Source: a virus
DNA: 64,000 nucleotides
Virus record (IMG/VR): IMGVR_UViG_3300029349_000001
Location: 97,087-161,086 of that record
Direction: 5' to 3' (one strand)
Below, piece by piece: positions 40,338 through 49,149 of this stretch. The translations under genes were made by a program, and so were the position numbers. Every line of letters starts with the position of its first letter. Position 1 is the first letter of the stretch. A model generated the notes under the pieces. The model did no database searches, was not told the origin of the DNA, and saw nothing but the letters and a program-made list of their open reading frames with translations.

Positions 40338-41117
40338 ATGCCTCAAGTTATTGTATCTCTAACCACTATCCCCAATAGACTAATGGAGCCTAAAGAATAT
40401 ATGGGCGCCAGACTAGGATTGAAAACACTATTAGAACAAAGTAATGTTTCATATCGTGTACATTTTAATGTTCCTAATACATATAAGTTAACAGGCGAAC
40501 CACTTCATCTACCAGAATGGCTAAATCAGTATCAAATTCAATATCCTCATTTAGAAGTATATAGGACTGAAGATGTAGGATCAATTACTAAGATCTTACC
40601 AACATTAGAGAGACTAACAGATCCCGAAGATATAATAATTGTAGCTGATGATGACTTATTTTACATGGATGGCATGGTAGAAGCCCATATAAAAGCTAGA
40701 CAAAAATATCCAGATGCCGCAATCGGATTCGCCGGTATGGGAGCATTGGACGGATCGTGCCATTTTTGCACAACACTAGCAAAAGATACTAGGGTTAAAA
40801 TTCTAGAGGGATACAAAACAGTCTCGTACAAGAGAGGATTCTTTGACTTACAAGAACTAAAAGATCAATTTCTTGGCAAATCATGGAGAGATGACGAAAC
40901 ACTATCCGCCTATATGGGATATAAGCACATACCTAAAATAGTAATGTCTTACGAAGGAGATACTGATTTTACTCCAAGAGTAGAATCTTTTCCGGTAATA
41001 GGACATACTCCAACAGAGCGTGGTGGCTGTTGGGAATATAGAAATTCAGACACATGGCAACAAGAATCTGAGAAAAGTATTAACGAATTTTATAGAATAG
41101 GATACCTAGAAAGATGA
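40338..41117 (+). CDS. GT-A glycosyltransferase
   Basis: IVSLTTIPNR, DVGSITKILP, ADDD. Confidence 0.8.
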   Translation: MPQVIVSLTTIPNRLMEPKEYMGARLGLKTLLEQSNVSYRVHFNVPNTYKLTGEPLHLPEWLNQYQIQYPHLEVYRTEDVGSITKILPTLERLTDPEDIIIVADDDLFYMDGMVEAHIKARQKYPDAAIGFAGMGALDGSCHFCTTLAKDTRVKILEGYKTVSYKRGFFDLQELKDQFLGKSWRDDETLSAYMGYKHIPKIVMSYEGDTDFTPRVESFPVIGHTPTERGGCWEYRNSDTWQQESEKSINEFYRIGYLER

Positions 41118-41506
41118 AAACTATAATTGCTACAAATTTGGTTGTTTTTATGCTTTGTCAAGCCTCTATGGCACAGAATCCATTTCCTTCGCTAAGTATA
41201 GATAATTTTGTTAATTCTGCTTATGCTCCGGCCAGAGAGATAGAAGCACAGGCGAATTATGTTCTGAAATCATCAGAGGCCCGAATCAATCATGCCAAAG
41301 CACACAATATAGAAATTTTTAATGATACTGCCAGAGTTAGTTCCTATTATACAAAACAACAGATTAATAGGTATAATAAACATTTAAGATATGTTCAAGA
41401 TACCGAAATTCAAAGAGCTAAGAAAGAAGGCAGACTATCCAAGCAAGTGCTTGATGAACTGTTCGATATAAAGACAGTTCAAAATGCTGGATTAATTATG
41501 CCATAG
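41114..41506 (+). CDS. Secreted hypothetical protein
   Basis: Signal peptide; AQANY..SEARIN..N..YY pattern recalled from Planctomycete proteins. Confidence 0.6.
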   Translation: MKTIIATNLVVFMLCQASMAQNPFPSLSIDNFVNSAYAPAREIEAQANYVLKSSEARINHAKAHNIEIFNDTARVSSYYTKQQINRYNKHLRYVQDTEIQRAKKEGRLSKQVLDELFDIKTVQNAGLIMP

Positions 41507-42396
41507 CCTTCATATTTTTTGACAGAATGATATCTGCTATCTCTTAGTGGTATAGCACTCTGCTTAAAAATACTAATATAGTCATCTATGCTCTTAAGTT
41601 TATCCAATTGGCCGGATTGTTTATAATAGGACTTTAACAAGACCCCGCATCCGGTAGCAAATGGATTACTCATACTTGTGCCTGTCATAAGAGCATAATT
41701 ATTACCAGGAACACAACCTAAAATATTTTGTCCCGGCGCTAGAAAATCCAACTCCTGTCCACTACAGGAAAAAGATGTTCTATTAAAATTCTCATCTATC
41801 GCACCAATAGCCATAGAATAGTTATATTTTGCAGGATACATTATCTCTGAATCCTCTCCCTCATTTCCGGCAGCACAAAATACTATGCATCCCTTTTTAT
41901 GTGCATATTCTAATGCATTTTGTAATTGGGTGGCTGGAGATGGAGAACCAAGGCTCATGGTTATGAAGTCTACGCCACGATCAGCGGCCCATATGATGCC
42001 TTCTATAACGTGTTTTAAATCCCCTTGTCCATCGTCATTAAGAACTTTAACTGGTACGATCTTGGCTCTAGGAGCAACCCCAACCATGCCCTTCCCGTTA
42101 TCTGCTGCTGCTATTGTGGAAGATACATGGGTTCCGTGACCGGCTTTATCAACAGGATCTAATTTTTTGTTGATAATATTTATGCCTTTTAATAAATTTG
42201 GTTTTAAGTCTTCATGGTCTAAGTCACAACCAGTATCTAATACCGCTACAGTAATCCCGTCTCCTTTGGTTTTTAACCATGCGGTTGCTACATTAAGTTT
42301 TTGTATTTCCCACCCATAAGTCTGACTAAATGGACTAAGATTATTAATATCTTCTCTTATGTATGGTAATAAAGACACTTTTTTTCTACGCAGCAT
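41479..42396 (-). CDS. Subtilisin-like S8 peptidase
   Basis: VLDTG, HGTHV, AAGN, GTSMS. Confidence 0.95.
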   Translation of the reverse strand: MLRRKKVSLLPYIREDINNLSPFSQTYGWEIQKLNVATAWLKTKGDGITVAVLDTGCDLDHEDLKPNLLKGINIINKKLDPVDKAGHGTHVSSTIAAADNGKGMVGVAPRAKIVPVKVLNDDGQGDLKHVIEGIIWAADRGVDFITMSLGSPSPATQLQNALEYAHKKGCIVFCAAGNEGEDSEIMYPAKYNYSMAIGAIDENFNRTSFSCSGQELDFLAPGQNILGCVPGNNYALMTGTSMSNPFATGCGVLLKSYYKQSGQLDKLKSIDDYISIFKQSAIPLRDSRYHSVKKYEGYGIINPAF

Positions 42397-42400
42397 AATA

Positions 42401-43156
42401 TTATCTTTCTTTTTCTATAGTTTGTTTTATCCAGTCTGTAAATACACTAATTCGCGTATGACCGCTCTCGTCGCCATATGAAGAATCTGTTTTTTTATCA
42501 GCAGCATTTACACAAGAATTTATACCAGCTAATTTATTATCAATGAATAATCCACCACCGCTATCTCCATTCGCTATTAAAAATTCTAAATTTGTTTTTC
42601 TTACACTAGAGGGTGTGCAAATCAATAGATGTCTATCAATAGATTCGACAATATTAGATCCTGCTCTTTTTCGTCCATCAGAAATAAAAACTCCACGAGA
42701 AAAATTGCCCGTGTCTCCAAAACCAGAGATAGAGCATATTTTATTAGTCTCATTACTGTCACTATACAAAGTTGGGTAAAAATCTAATTTTAATTTTTTA
42801 TCTAACTTACATAATGCTATATCATAGTATCCAAAATTATTAGGGACAAAATCTTTATGCTTAATAAATTTTTTGATATGATATTTATCACTATCGCTAC
42901 CTTGAGAAATGTAGCCAGACTTTGCATTATGAACTACATGGGCTGCGGTTAATACCCATTCTGGATCTATGGCTACGGAAGAAGCATAGAAAGACGTATT
43001 TTTACTATCTTCATATATTCCAGATATTTTATATACATACTTGAATCCTTGGGCGTATTCAAGATGCTTATCATCTGAAGTATTTGGATCTATAGTGCCG
43101 CCATATACACTGAATCCAAGACAAAAAAGCATTATACAAATTACTACTTTCTTCAT
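42401..43156 (-). CDS. Secreted trypsin-like serine protease
   Basis: Signal peptide; LTAAHV, DIAL, GDSGG. Confidence 0.93.
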   Translation of the reverse strand: MKKVVICIMLFCLGFSVYGGTIDPNTSDDKHLEYAQGFKYVYKISGIYEDSKNTSFYASSVAIDPEWVLTAAHVVHNAKSGYISQGSDSDKYHIKKFIKHKDFVPNNFGYYDIALCKLDKKLKLDFYPTLYSDSNETNKICSISGFGDTGNFSRGVFISDGRKRAGSNIVESIDRHLLICTPSSVRKTNLEFLIANGDSGGGLFIDNKLAGINSCVNAADKKTDSSYGDESGHTRISVFTDWIKQTIEKER

Positions 43157-43487
43157 AATTTGTACTCCTAATTTTATAGGGTTTATTTGTTACCTTATTT
43201 AAATACACCTGTGCATCCTCTATCACATTAATATTCCAACTATTATAGTCCATTAAATGCCCAATATAAAAATGGCAATATTTTGAACACAATGTTATTA
43301 GATTTGTTGGATCTAATTCTCTATCAGGATTCACACTGACTGGTTCTATATGATGAACCTCAAGGTCTTTAACCGATCCACAGGAAGCACAAGAAGGAAA
43401 CTTTTTAAGATGGTCAGCCCTGACTTTACCCCACTTAGATGATCTTTTGGACTGTAAACTAAAAAATCTTAAACTACTGAATAACAT
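43071..43487 (-). CDS. HNH endonuclease
   Basis: CASCG..EVHHIEP..NLITLC..CH. Confidence 0.85.
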   Translation of the reverse strand: MLFSSLRFFSLQSKRSSKWGKVRADHLKKFPSCASCGSVKDLEVHHIEPVSVNPDRELDPTNLITLCSKYCHFYIGHLMDYNSWNINVIEDAQVYLNKVTNKPYKIRSTNYEESSNLYNAFLSWIQCIWRHYRSKYFR

Positions 43488-43488
43488 A

Positions 43489-44490
43489 TCATAATACTTG
43501 AGATGCTATTAAGCAACCTTTGGCAACAGAATGTAGTGGATCTTTAGCCTGTTTGATTTCTTTAACTTTCAAAGGGAACCCATTATTTTCCAGACTAGCC
43601 TTAAAATACTCTACATAACCCTTAGCCTGGGATGTTCCTCCAGCGATAACTATAGTTAGCGGCTCTTTAAATTTTGGTAATGACTTATGATTAGATAAAG
43701 CCATTGTTAAATTTTTAGTAGTATAATCAATGAGTCTTTCATAGTATGCTGATACTGCGGCTAAAATAGGATTATCGCTAGTCTCACCAATAGTAAAATC
43801 CCCACCCTCTTTCTCTACCTGAACAACACTATCTGGTTCCCCGGTGGCGACAGCACTCATACGATCAACCCAATCTCCAGATTTCGTGGTTGAAAATATA
43901 ACAGTTGGTTCTCCGTTTAACATAACACAAACATTAGTCATACCAGCACCACAACTAATACCTATACCGGTATAATCTACAGACTCTAGTTCAGCATAGC
44001 ACAATGCCTCTGCTTCATTAATAGACTTAGCAACATAACCACATTCTGCTAAGATAGACTTCACAACATCTTCGTGATAACCAACATCAAAATCATCATC
44101 TTCTTGATCTACTGGTTGTGCAGGGATACAGAATACTAGTTTTTCATCTGGTTCTGATGCTTTGCCAGCAACTTCTTTGAGAATAAAGGCTAATATTCTT
44201 TTAGCATCTTTTTCTTTGGCAGAGACTACGCCCCTATACATTGGACGTTTAGCGGTATCATTTCTTTCAATCGCTTTTTCGATAGCGTCCTTACCCAAGA
44301 GAATAAAAGAACCATCAGCATCCTTGATAAATGTTTTACCAGCCAAACCCTTTTCTATCATTTTAGAAGCAACGGGAGTGGTAGGCTTGATAATATAAAA
44401 GGCATCTCTAAAGTCTCGATACTCTACTGAGTCAGAATTGTTCTGAGCTAAAACTATATAAGACGTTCCAACGTCGAGACCTTTTGCCAT
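43489..44490 (-). CDS. Actin-fold ATPase, volactin-like
   Basis: GLDVGT, INEAEA, GISCGAGMTNV, AGGTS, DPLHSVAKG. Confidence 0.88.
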   Translation of the reverse strand: MAKGLDVGTSYIVLAQNNSDSVEYRDFRDAFYIIKPTTPVASKMIEKGLAGKTFIKDADGSFILLGKDAIEKAIERNDTAKRPMYRGVVSAKEKDAKRILAFILKEVAGKASEPDEKLVFCIPAQPVDQEDDDFDVGYHEDVVKSILAECGYVAKSINEAEALCYAELESVDYTGIGISCGAGMTNVCVMLNGEPTVIFSTTKSGDWVDRMSAVATGEPDSVVQVEKEGGDFTIGETSDNPILAAVSAYYERLIDYTTKNLTMALSNHKSLPKFKEPLTIVIAGGTSQAKGYVEYFKASLENNGFPLKVKEIKQAKDPLHSVAKGCLIASQVL

Positions 44491-44494
44491 AGTA

Positions 44495-44791
44495 TTATCC
44501 TTTCATATTTTTTAATTTATTGATAGAACTGGATATATTCTCGTCAGATACTACCTTATCCCCAAGTTCATCATATTTTTTAGTTAAGTTATCAGTATTA
44601 ATACTAGTTACAACCTTTGTTTCATCAATAGAAACAGATTGATTAGTTTTGATATCCTTAATCTGTTGTGTTCGCACACTTTTAGATACACCGTTATTAG
44701 TGCTATGGTTGGCGTTTTTGCCCAATAAATAACCTATTAGGCAGCAATTGATGCAGACTACTAAGTATATTATATCGTATTGATCTATCAT
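44495..44791 (-). CDS. Small N-terminally membrane-anchored protein
   Basis: IIYLVVCINCCLIGYLLG; C-terminal SSSINKLKNMK. Confidence 0.7.
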   Translation of the reverse strand: MIDQYDIIYLVVCINCCLIGYLLGKNANHSTNNGVSKSVRTQQIKDIKTNQSVSIDETKVVTSINTDNLTKKYDELGDKVVSDENISSSINKLKNMKG

Positions 44792-45699
44792 GGTATTTGT
44801 CCGATAATTCTACCCTTTTGAGTTCTAACTACATACCCCATACGCACTAAAAATGGCTCAATATTATTTTCGATAGTCTCAATAGCAATACCCGTCATGG
44901 CAGAGATGCTCTTTAGTCCTAGTGGGTTTCCCTTAGACTTTTTCAAGGCGTCAATATACATACGGTCATTAGCATCTAGACCTAGTTTATCAATACCTTG
45001 ATTAGCGAATACATCATCAATATTTACATTAGACTCATTCTCATAGAATGACGTATAGTTTTGATACCATTGTAGTCTAGCATTAAGAATTCTAGGAGTA
45101 CCTTTGCTTCTCCTAGCAATTTCTGTAAGTCCAGCATCATCGATCATTAGTCCGATCTTCTGTGCGTTCGACTTTGCTAGTTTAGCTAACTCATCTACAG
45201 TATAATATGATAGATGTTCTTTGATAGTAAATCTGTCATAGAACGGCTGGCTTAGACTGCCACCGCTTGTGGTAGCACCAACCATTGTAAATCTTGGAAG
45301 ATCAATAGTTTCTGGTTTGTCTTTATCTTCTGCATCTTTAACTAAAATATTGAGAACAAAATCTTCCATTACAGGATACAGAAATTCTTCTACAATTTTA
45401 GGCAGTCGATGGATTTCATCAATAAACAGAACCGACCTAGCACTCATGCCCATGAGATATGGTAGAATATTTTTAACACTACGAATATTAGCAGCATTTA
45501 ATGTATAGAGATTTACGCCTAGTTCATTAGCAATAGCACTAGCCATTGTGGTTTTTCCCAACCCAGGCGGTCCATCGATTAAGATATGGGGCATAACACT
45601 CTGAGATTTATTACATCCCGCAACTACAATCTTAAGTCGATTGATTACGGTTTGTTGTCCAATAATATCGGTAAAGGTAGAAGGTCTTGTAATGCTCAT
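44788..45699 (-). CDS. ruvB: Holliday junction branch migration ATPase RuvB
   Basis: RP..F..IGQ, GPPGLGKTT, FIDEIHRL, GATT, GTPRI, EPFL..RTQKGR. Confidence 0.95.
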   Translation of the reverse strand: MSITRPSTFTDIIGQQTVINRLKIVVAGCNKSQSVMPHILIDGPPGLGKTTMASAIANELGVNLYTLNAANIRSVKNILPYLMGMSARSVLFIDEIHRLPKIVEEFLYPVMEDFVLNILVKDAEDKDKPETIDLPRFTMVGATTSGGSLSQPFYDRFTIKEHLSYYTVDELAKLAKSNAQKIGLMIDDAGLTEIARRSKGTPRILNARLQWYQNYTSFYENESNVNIDDVFANQGIDKLGLDANDRMYIDALKKSKGNPLGLKSISAMTGIAIETIENNIEPFLVRMGYVVRTQKGRIIGQIP

Positions 45700-46133
45700 G
45701 CTGTTTTCTCCAAATTAGATAGAATTTTTGATACCAATGTTTTAACGTCTGTAAATGATTCTTTGTCAGTATATCTTGTGGCGATGTCTAGTGCTTCTTG
45801 CTTAGTAAAACCGTATGTAGATAATACAGCACAAGCCTGACTGATTATCTTATCATCTTTTTGTTTAACTACGGGTGCAGAAGCAGAAGTCTGTTTTATA
45901 TTTACTGTGGAATTTTGAAGAGTTGTGTCCTCGACGTAGACTACATTAATAGTTTGTATTTGTTTAACTTTGAGTAAAGTCTCACAGTCACAGACTATCA
46001 TAAAATTTTTTGTTTTAGCCTCTCTGAGAGAAATCCAGTGATCTAATCCACAGTTTGTGCAACGATAGCGTAAATCTGCTACACATTCTACAGGCTTAAG
46101 ATTTTTTATTTTCTTCTTCGTTGTTGTTTTCAT
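45696..46133 (-). CDS. Zinc ribbon plus RuvA C-terminal-like domain protein
   Basis: CTNC..CDC; ACAVLSTYGFTKQEA..LVSKIL resembles RuvA domain III. Confidence 0.65.
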   Translation of the reverse strand: MKTTTKKKIKNLKPVECVADLRYRCTNCGLDHWISLREAKTKNFMIVCDCETLLKVKQIQTINVVYVEDTTLQNSTVNIKQTSASAPVVKQKDDKIISQACAVLSTYGFTKQEALDIATRYTDKESFTDVKTLVSKILSNLEKTA

Positions 46134-46515
46134 TGTCTTTAATCCAAAAGATAAAGTCGTTTGATTCGTGATCAAATCCTGTTTCCAATAGTCCTTTATT
46201 TACCAAATTGTTAAGCATATTACTAATGAGTCTACTGTTCAGTGAGTCTATAAGATCTACATATCTCTTATTGCTTATAAGATAAGTATCCCCATCGTGC
46301 TTCATAAAATCTTTGCAAATAATCATCGCTTCTTCTTGAGTTAGCACTTCATTTAACTCTGTTGCTTCTTCCTCAGACAATTCAGCCAGCGTATACTTCA
46401 TATCATCTAGACTAGATGTATGTTGCTTGCCCATAGAATCAAATACTAGTACTCTTGAACACTCTACAAACTTGTTTAAATCTGTAATCTCAAATATTTG
46501 ATTTTTTTTCTTCAT
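46096..46515 (-). CDS. Hypothetical protein
   Basis: ORF. Confidence 0.65.
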   Translation of the reverse strand: MKKKNQIFEITDLNKFVECSRVLVFDSMGKQHTSSLDDMKYTLAELSEEEATELNEVLTQEEAMIICKDFMKHDGDTYLISNKRYVDLIDSLNSRLISNMLNNLVNKGLLETGFDHESNDFIFWIKDNENNNEEENKKS

Positions 46516-46516
46516 G

Positions 46517-46924
46517 TTAGTTCAATATTTCGTATAGTCCTTTGTAGTAATGTGGCTGATTTAAGAAATGATTAGCGTGAGATTGCAAATGCTTTATATA
46601 CTCTGTACTTAATGGATCTGATACAAAATATTTCTTCTTCCATATCGGCATCTTCTGATAGTTATTCCCCAAATACTGGAAGGTGTTACCCTTGCCAGTA
46701 TCGGAGAGATAACTACTCACAGGAATCGACTTGGACGGGAAGCCATAAGCATACCACACGTTTGGTGAAATCTCAACTACTTCGTTTAAGGCATCGTATA
46801 GCCATTTGCCCCAAGCGTCCCACGCTTCGGGATCAAACTTGAAATAATGCTTATATTTATTATCTAGACTACCATGATCATCATAATCGTCTGGGTCGTC
46901 ATAGTCGTTATAATCTTCGTGCAT
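46517..46924 (-). CDS. Hypothetical protein
   Basis: ORF. Confidence 0.6.
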   Translation of the reverse strand: MHEDYNDYDDPDDYDDHGSLDNKYKHYFKFDPEAWDAWGKWLYDALNEVVEISPNVWYAYGFPSKSIPVSSYLSDTGKGNTFQYLGNNYQKMPIWKKKYFVSDPLSTEYIKHLQSHANHFLNQPHYYKGLYEILN

Positions 46925-46926
46925 AA

Positions 46927-48054
46927 TTATCCTATACAGAATTGGTCACTTACTTTATTAGCCAAGTCTTTAGCCGCTCCAGACAGGAACTTATTACCAC
47001 TAAAATAGAGCGGAGTGCTGACTTGATTAAGGAACTCCACCACCGTTTTTAAAAGTTTGGTCTGTGAGCCATCCAGACTTATATGCTGGTCTGGCAACGC
47101 ATCTAATGAGTCCTCAGACGCATCCTCGTCCCCTATCGGCATCACAGGCATCGGATCACCATAAGTCTTTTGGAAAATGCCACCGCTAGCATACCCATAT
47201 ATAGGCTTGATATCATCGGTACTATTGGTATATGTCTCATGATTTAAGGTTCTCATTTGGTTCAGAATGTCTGTGGCAACATTTACCGATACCGGAACAC
47301 CTGTAATATCAGATTGATTATAAGCCTTGGCATATCCTTTATACCATTCATCACTGCATTTTTCTGGTACAATTTGCAGAGTCGCTGACTGTCCTGTTAG
47401 GGCAGACTTTAATTCCAGAACATTTATTGGCTTTCCTGTAGAGCCGGGGAGGATACTAGTGAAATATGGGGCTTTCTTTTCCCATCCCTTATTCCACCAA
47501 GTATAAGGAACACGGTATATTTGATTGGGTTTAATGGCTCTTGGGTCTCCACCAAAGTAATTAACGAGTTTCTTTTGCAGGCCATTCCAAAATGTTTTAT
47601 TGGCTCCAATCATTTTTCTAGAAGAATTATCAAAGATCCAATAGCACTGATATCCGTTACGAGTATCAATTACCCAACTAGGTTTAACTGGAAATTCATT
47701 TATCTTCTTCAAGAACTGTTTCTTCTTAGACATTACGATGCTTGGCTTAAAATACTTACCTTCTGTATCCCTGCCAGCATCCATATCGCAGAAACAAGAG
47801 GTAAACTCTTTGATGGCATAAATTTTACGTCCACCATTCACATAAAAATAAACGTCAGAACCGTTTTGGTGATTAGCCTTTAAAGCCTCATCTAAGCGAT
47901 CAGTGTGATTCATACTACTGATCTTCTTTCGAGGGTTGCCATTATACACGAATATATGCTTCTGCTTGAATGAATCCAGAAACTTTCTGCTAGAACTTTT
48001 TTGTGACTTATTGTTTTTGTCAAACGGATTAAAACCAAGATTATCGCTAAACAT
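46927..48054 (-). CDS. RepB-type (AEP superfamily) DNA primase domain protein
   Basis: FCDMD, PSWVIDTRNGYQCYW, GDP..RVP. Confidence 0.78.
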   Translation of the reverse strand: MFSDNLGFNPFDKNNKSQKSSSRKFLDSFKQKHIFVYNGNPRKKISSMNHTDRLDEALKANHQNGSDVYFYVNGGRKIYAIKEFTSCFCDMDAGRDTEGKYFKPSIVMSKKKQFLKKINEFPVKPSWVIDTRNGYQCYWIFDNSSRKMIGANKTFWNGLQKKLVNYFGGDPRAIKPNQIYRVPYTWWNKGWEKKAPYFTSILPGSTGKPINVLELKSALTGQSATLQIVPEKCSDEWYKGYAKAYNQSDITGVPVSVNVATDILNQMRTLNHETYTNSTDDIKPIYGYASGGIFQKTYGDPMPVMPIGDEDASEDSLDALPDQHISLDGSQTKLLKTVVEFLNQVSTPLYFSGNKFLSGAAKDLANKVSDQFCIG

Positions 48055-48120
48055 ATTTCTTTTCTCTTCCTCTTACTACCTATATTGGGACAGCAACCAT
48101 TACCATCATTGTCAATATAA

Positions 48121-48210
48121 AAAAGATGGGAGGGAATCGAACCCTCGTCACATAGCGTATGTTTAATACTAAACTAGAGGCTATGGTCTTAGTCACCAGA
48201 CTCCACTTTT
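48121..48210 (-). ncRNA. tRNA-like element (pseudo-tRNA, expanded anticodon loop)
   Basis: T arm GAGGG-TTCGATT-CCCTC, D arm GTCT/AGAC, stem CATAGC/GCTATG, imperfect acceptor stem. Confidence 0.5.
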
Positions 48211-48218
48211 GTCAACTA

Positions 48219-49124
48219 TTAATAGTTGTTGTAATACTCGTCCTCATCATCCTCTTCGTCAAGATCATCAGAAGTAGCATGAACATCTTCATCATCGTCC
48301 TCATAATCTTCGTCATCAAACTTATCCCAATAATTGTCATCATACTCGTCGTGAAGAGTCTCGTAGTCATCTTCATAATCATCTTCACTAAAGTCAGCCT
48401 TATACAGAGGCTTGAGAAGTTCGCCTTGATACTCTCCGACAACTTCGTATCGGCAAGTGCGAAGTTTCTCACAATTACAATCATTAGGAACACTGACAAC
48501 ATCCTTGGGATTGATTTTAACAATCACAATCTTGTCGCCAGCATCCAGACTTCCGTATCCAGCAACATAATTTAATGCACCGGCATGAAGCCCTTGTGAG
48601 CATCCAACACTACGATTATCATCGACTTTTGCTCTAGTCATTTCGCAAACGTCACCAACCTTGTTACGAAACTTTCCAGCATACTTATCCATAAAGTCAT
48701 TCCTAACTGCCTTATATGCAAGGAAATGACCATCTTCCGTAATGGGAAGATATTGATGTTCTAGAAAATCGTATAGTTCTTGTTGACTTTGCATACTGGG
48801 ATTTTCCATCAGATTATTCAAGAACTTAACGAGTGGCTCAAACGGCAGACCCTTACTCATAAACTCAAGAATACGCTTGCTAATAGCACCGTGTACTTGC
48901 TCTCCATCGTAAAGCACCTTGCCATTCTTAACTTCTACTCGACCATCACTAAAACTAGCAACAGCGGTTTCAATATCAACCAACTTTACCAGTTCTTCTT
49001 CGCTTGCATTATGAAGATTCTCCATAATCAGGCGATAGTTAATATGATCCGGCAAAACCTGATGAGCCTTATTATTAAGAATAAGAGTCAGATTGCCATC
49101 AACCCACATAAACGGAACACTCAT
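48219..49124 (-). CDS. rIIB: rIIB-like protein
   Basis: LMENPS..LYDFL..ITEDGHFLAYKAV..CSQGLH..NPKDVVSVP.D..KLRTCRYEVV; acidic tail. Confidence 0.9.
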   Translation of the reverse strand: MSVPFMWVDGNLTLILNNKAHQVLPDHINYRLIMENLHNASEEELVKLVDIETAVASFSDGRVEVKNGKVLYDGEQVHGAISKRILEFMSKGLPFEPLVKFLNNLMENPSMQSQQELYDFLEHQYLPITEDGHFLAYKAVRNDFMDKYAGKFRNKVGDVCEMTRAKVDDNRSVGCSQGLHAGALNYVAGYGSLDAGDKIVIVKINPKDVVSVPNDCNCEKLRTCRYEVVGEYQGELLKPLYKADFSEDDYEDDYETLHDEYDDNYWDKFDDEDYEDDDEDVHATSDDLDEEDDEDEYYNNY

Positions 49125-49149
49125 GATATTCTCCTATATTCCTGTGAAA

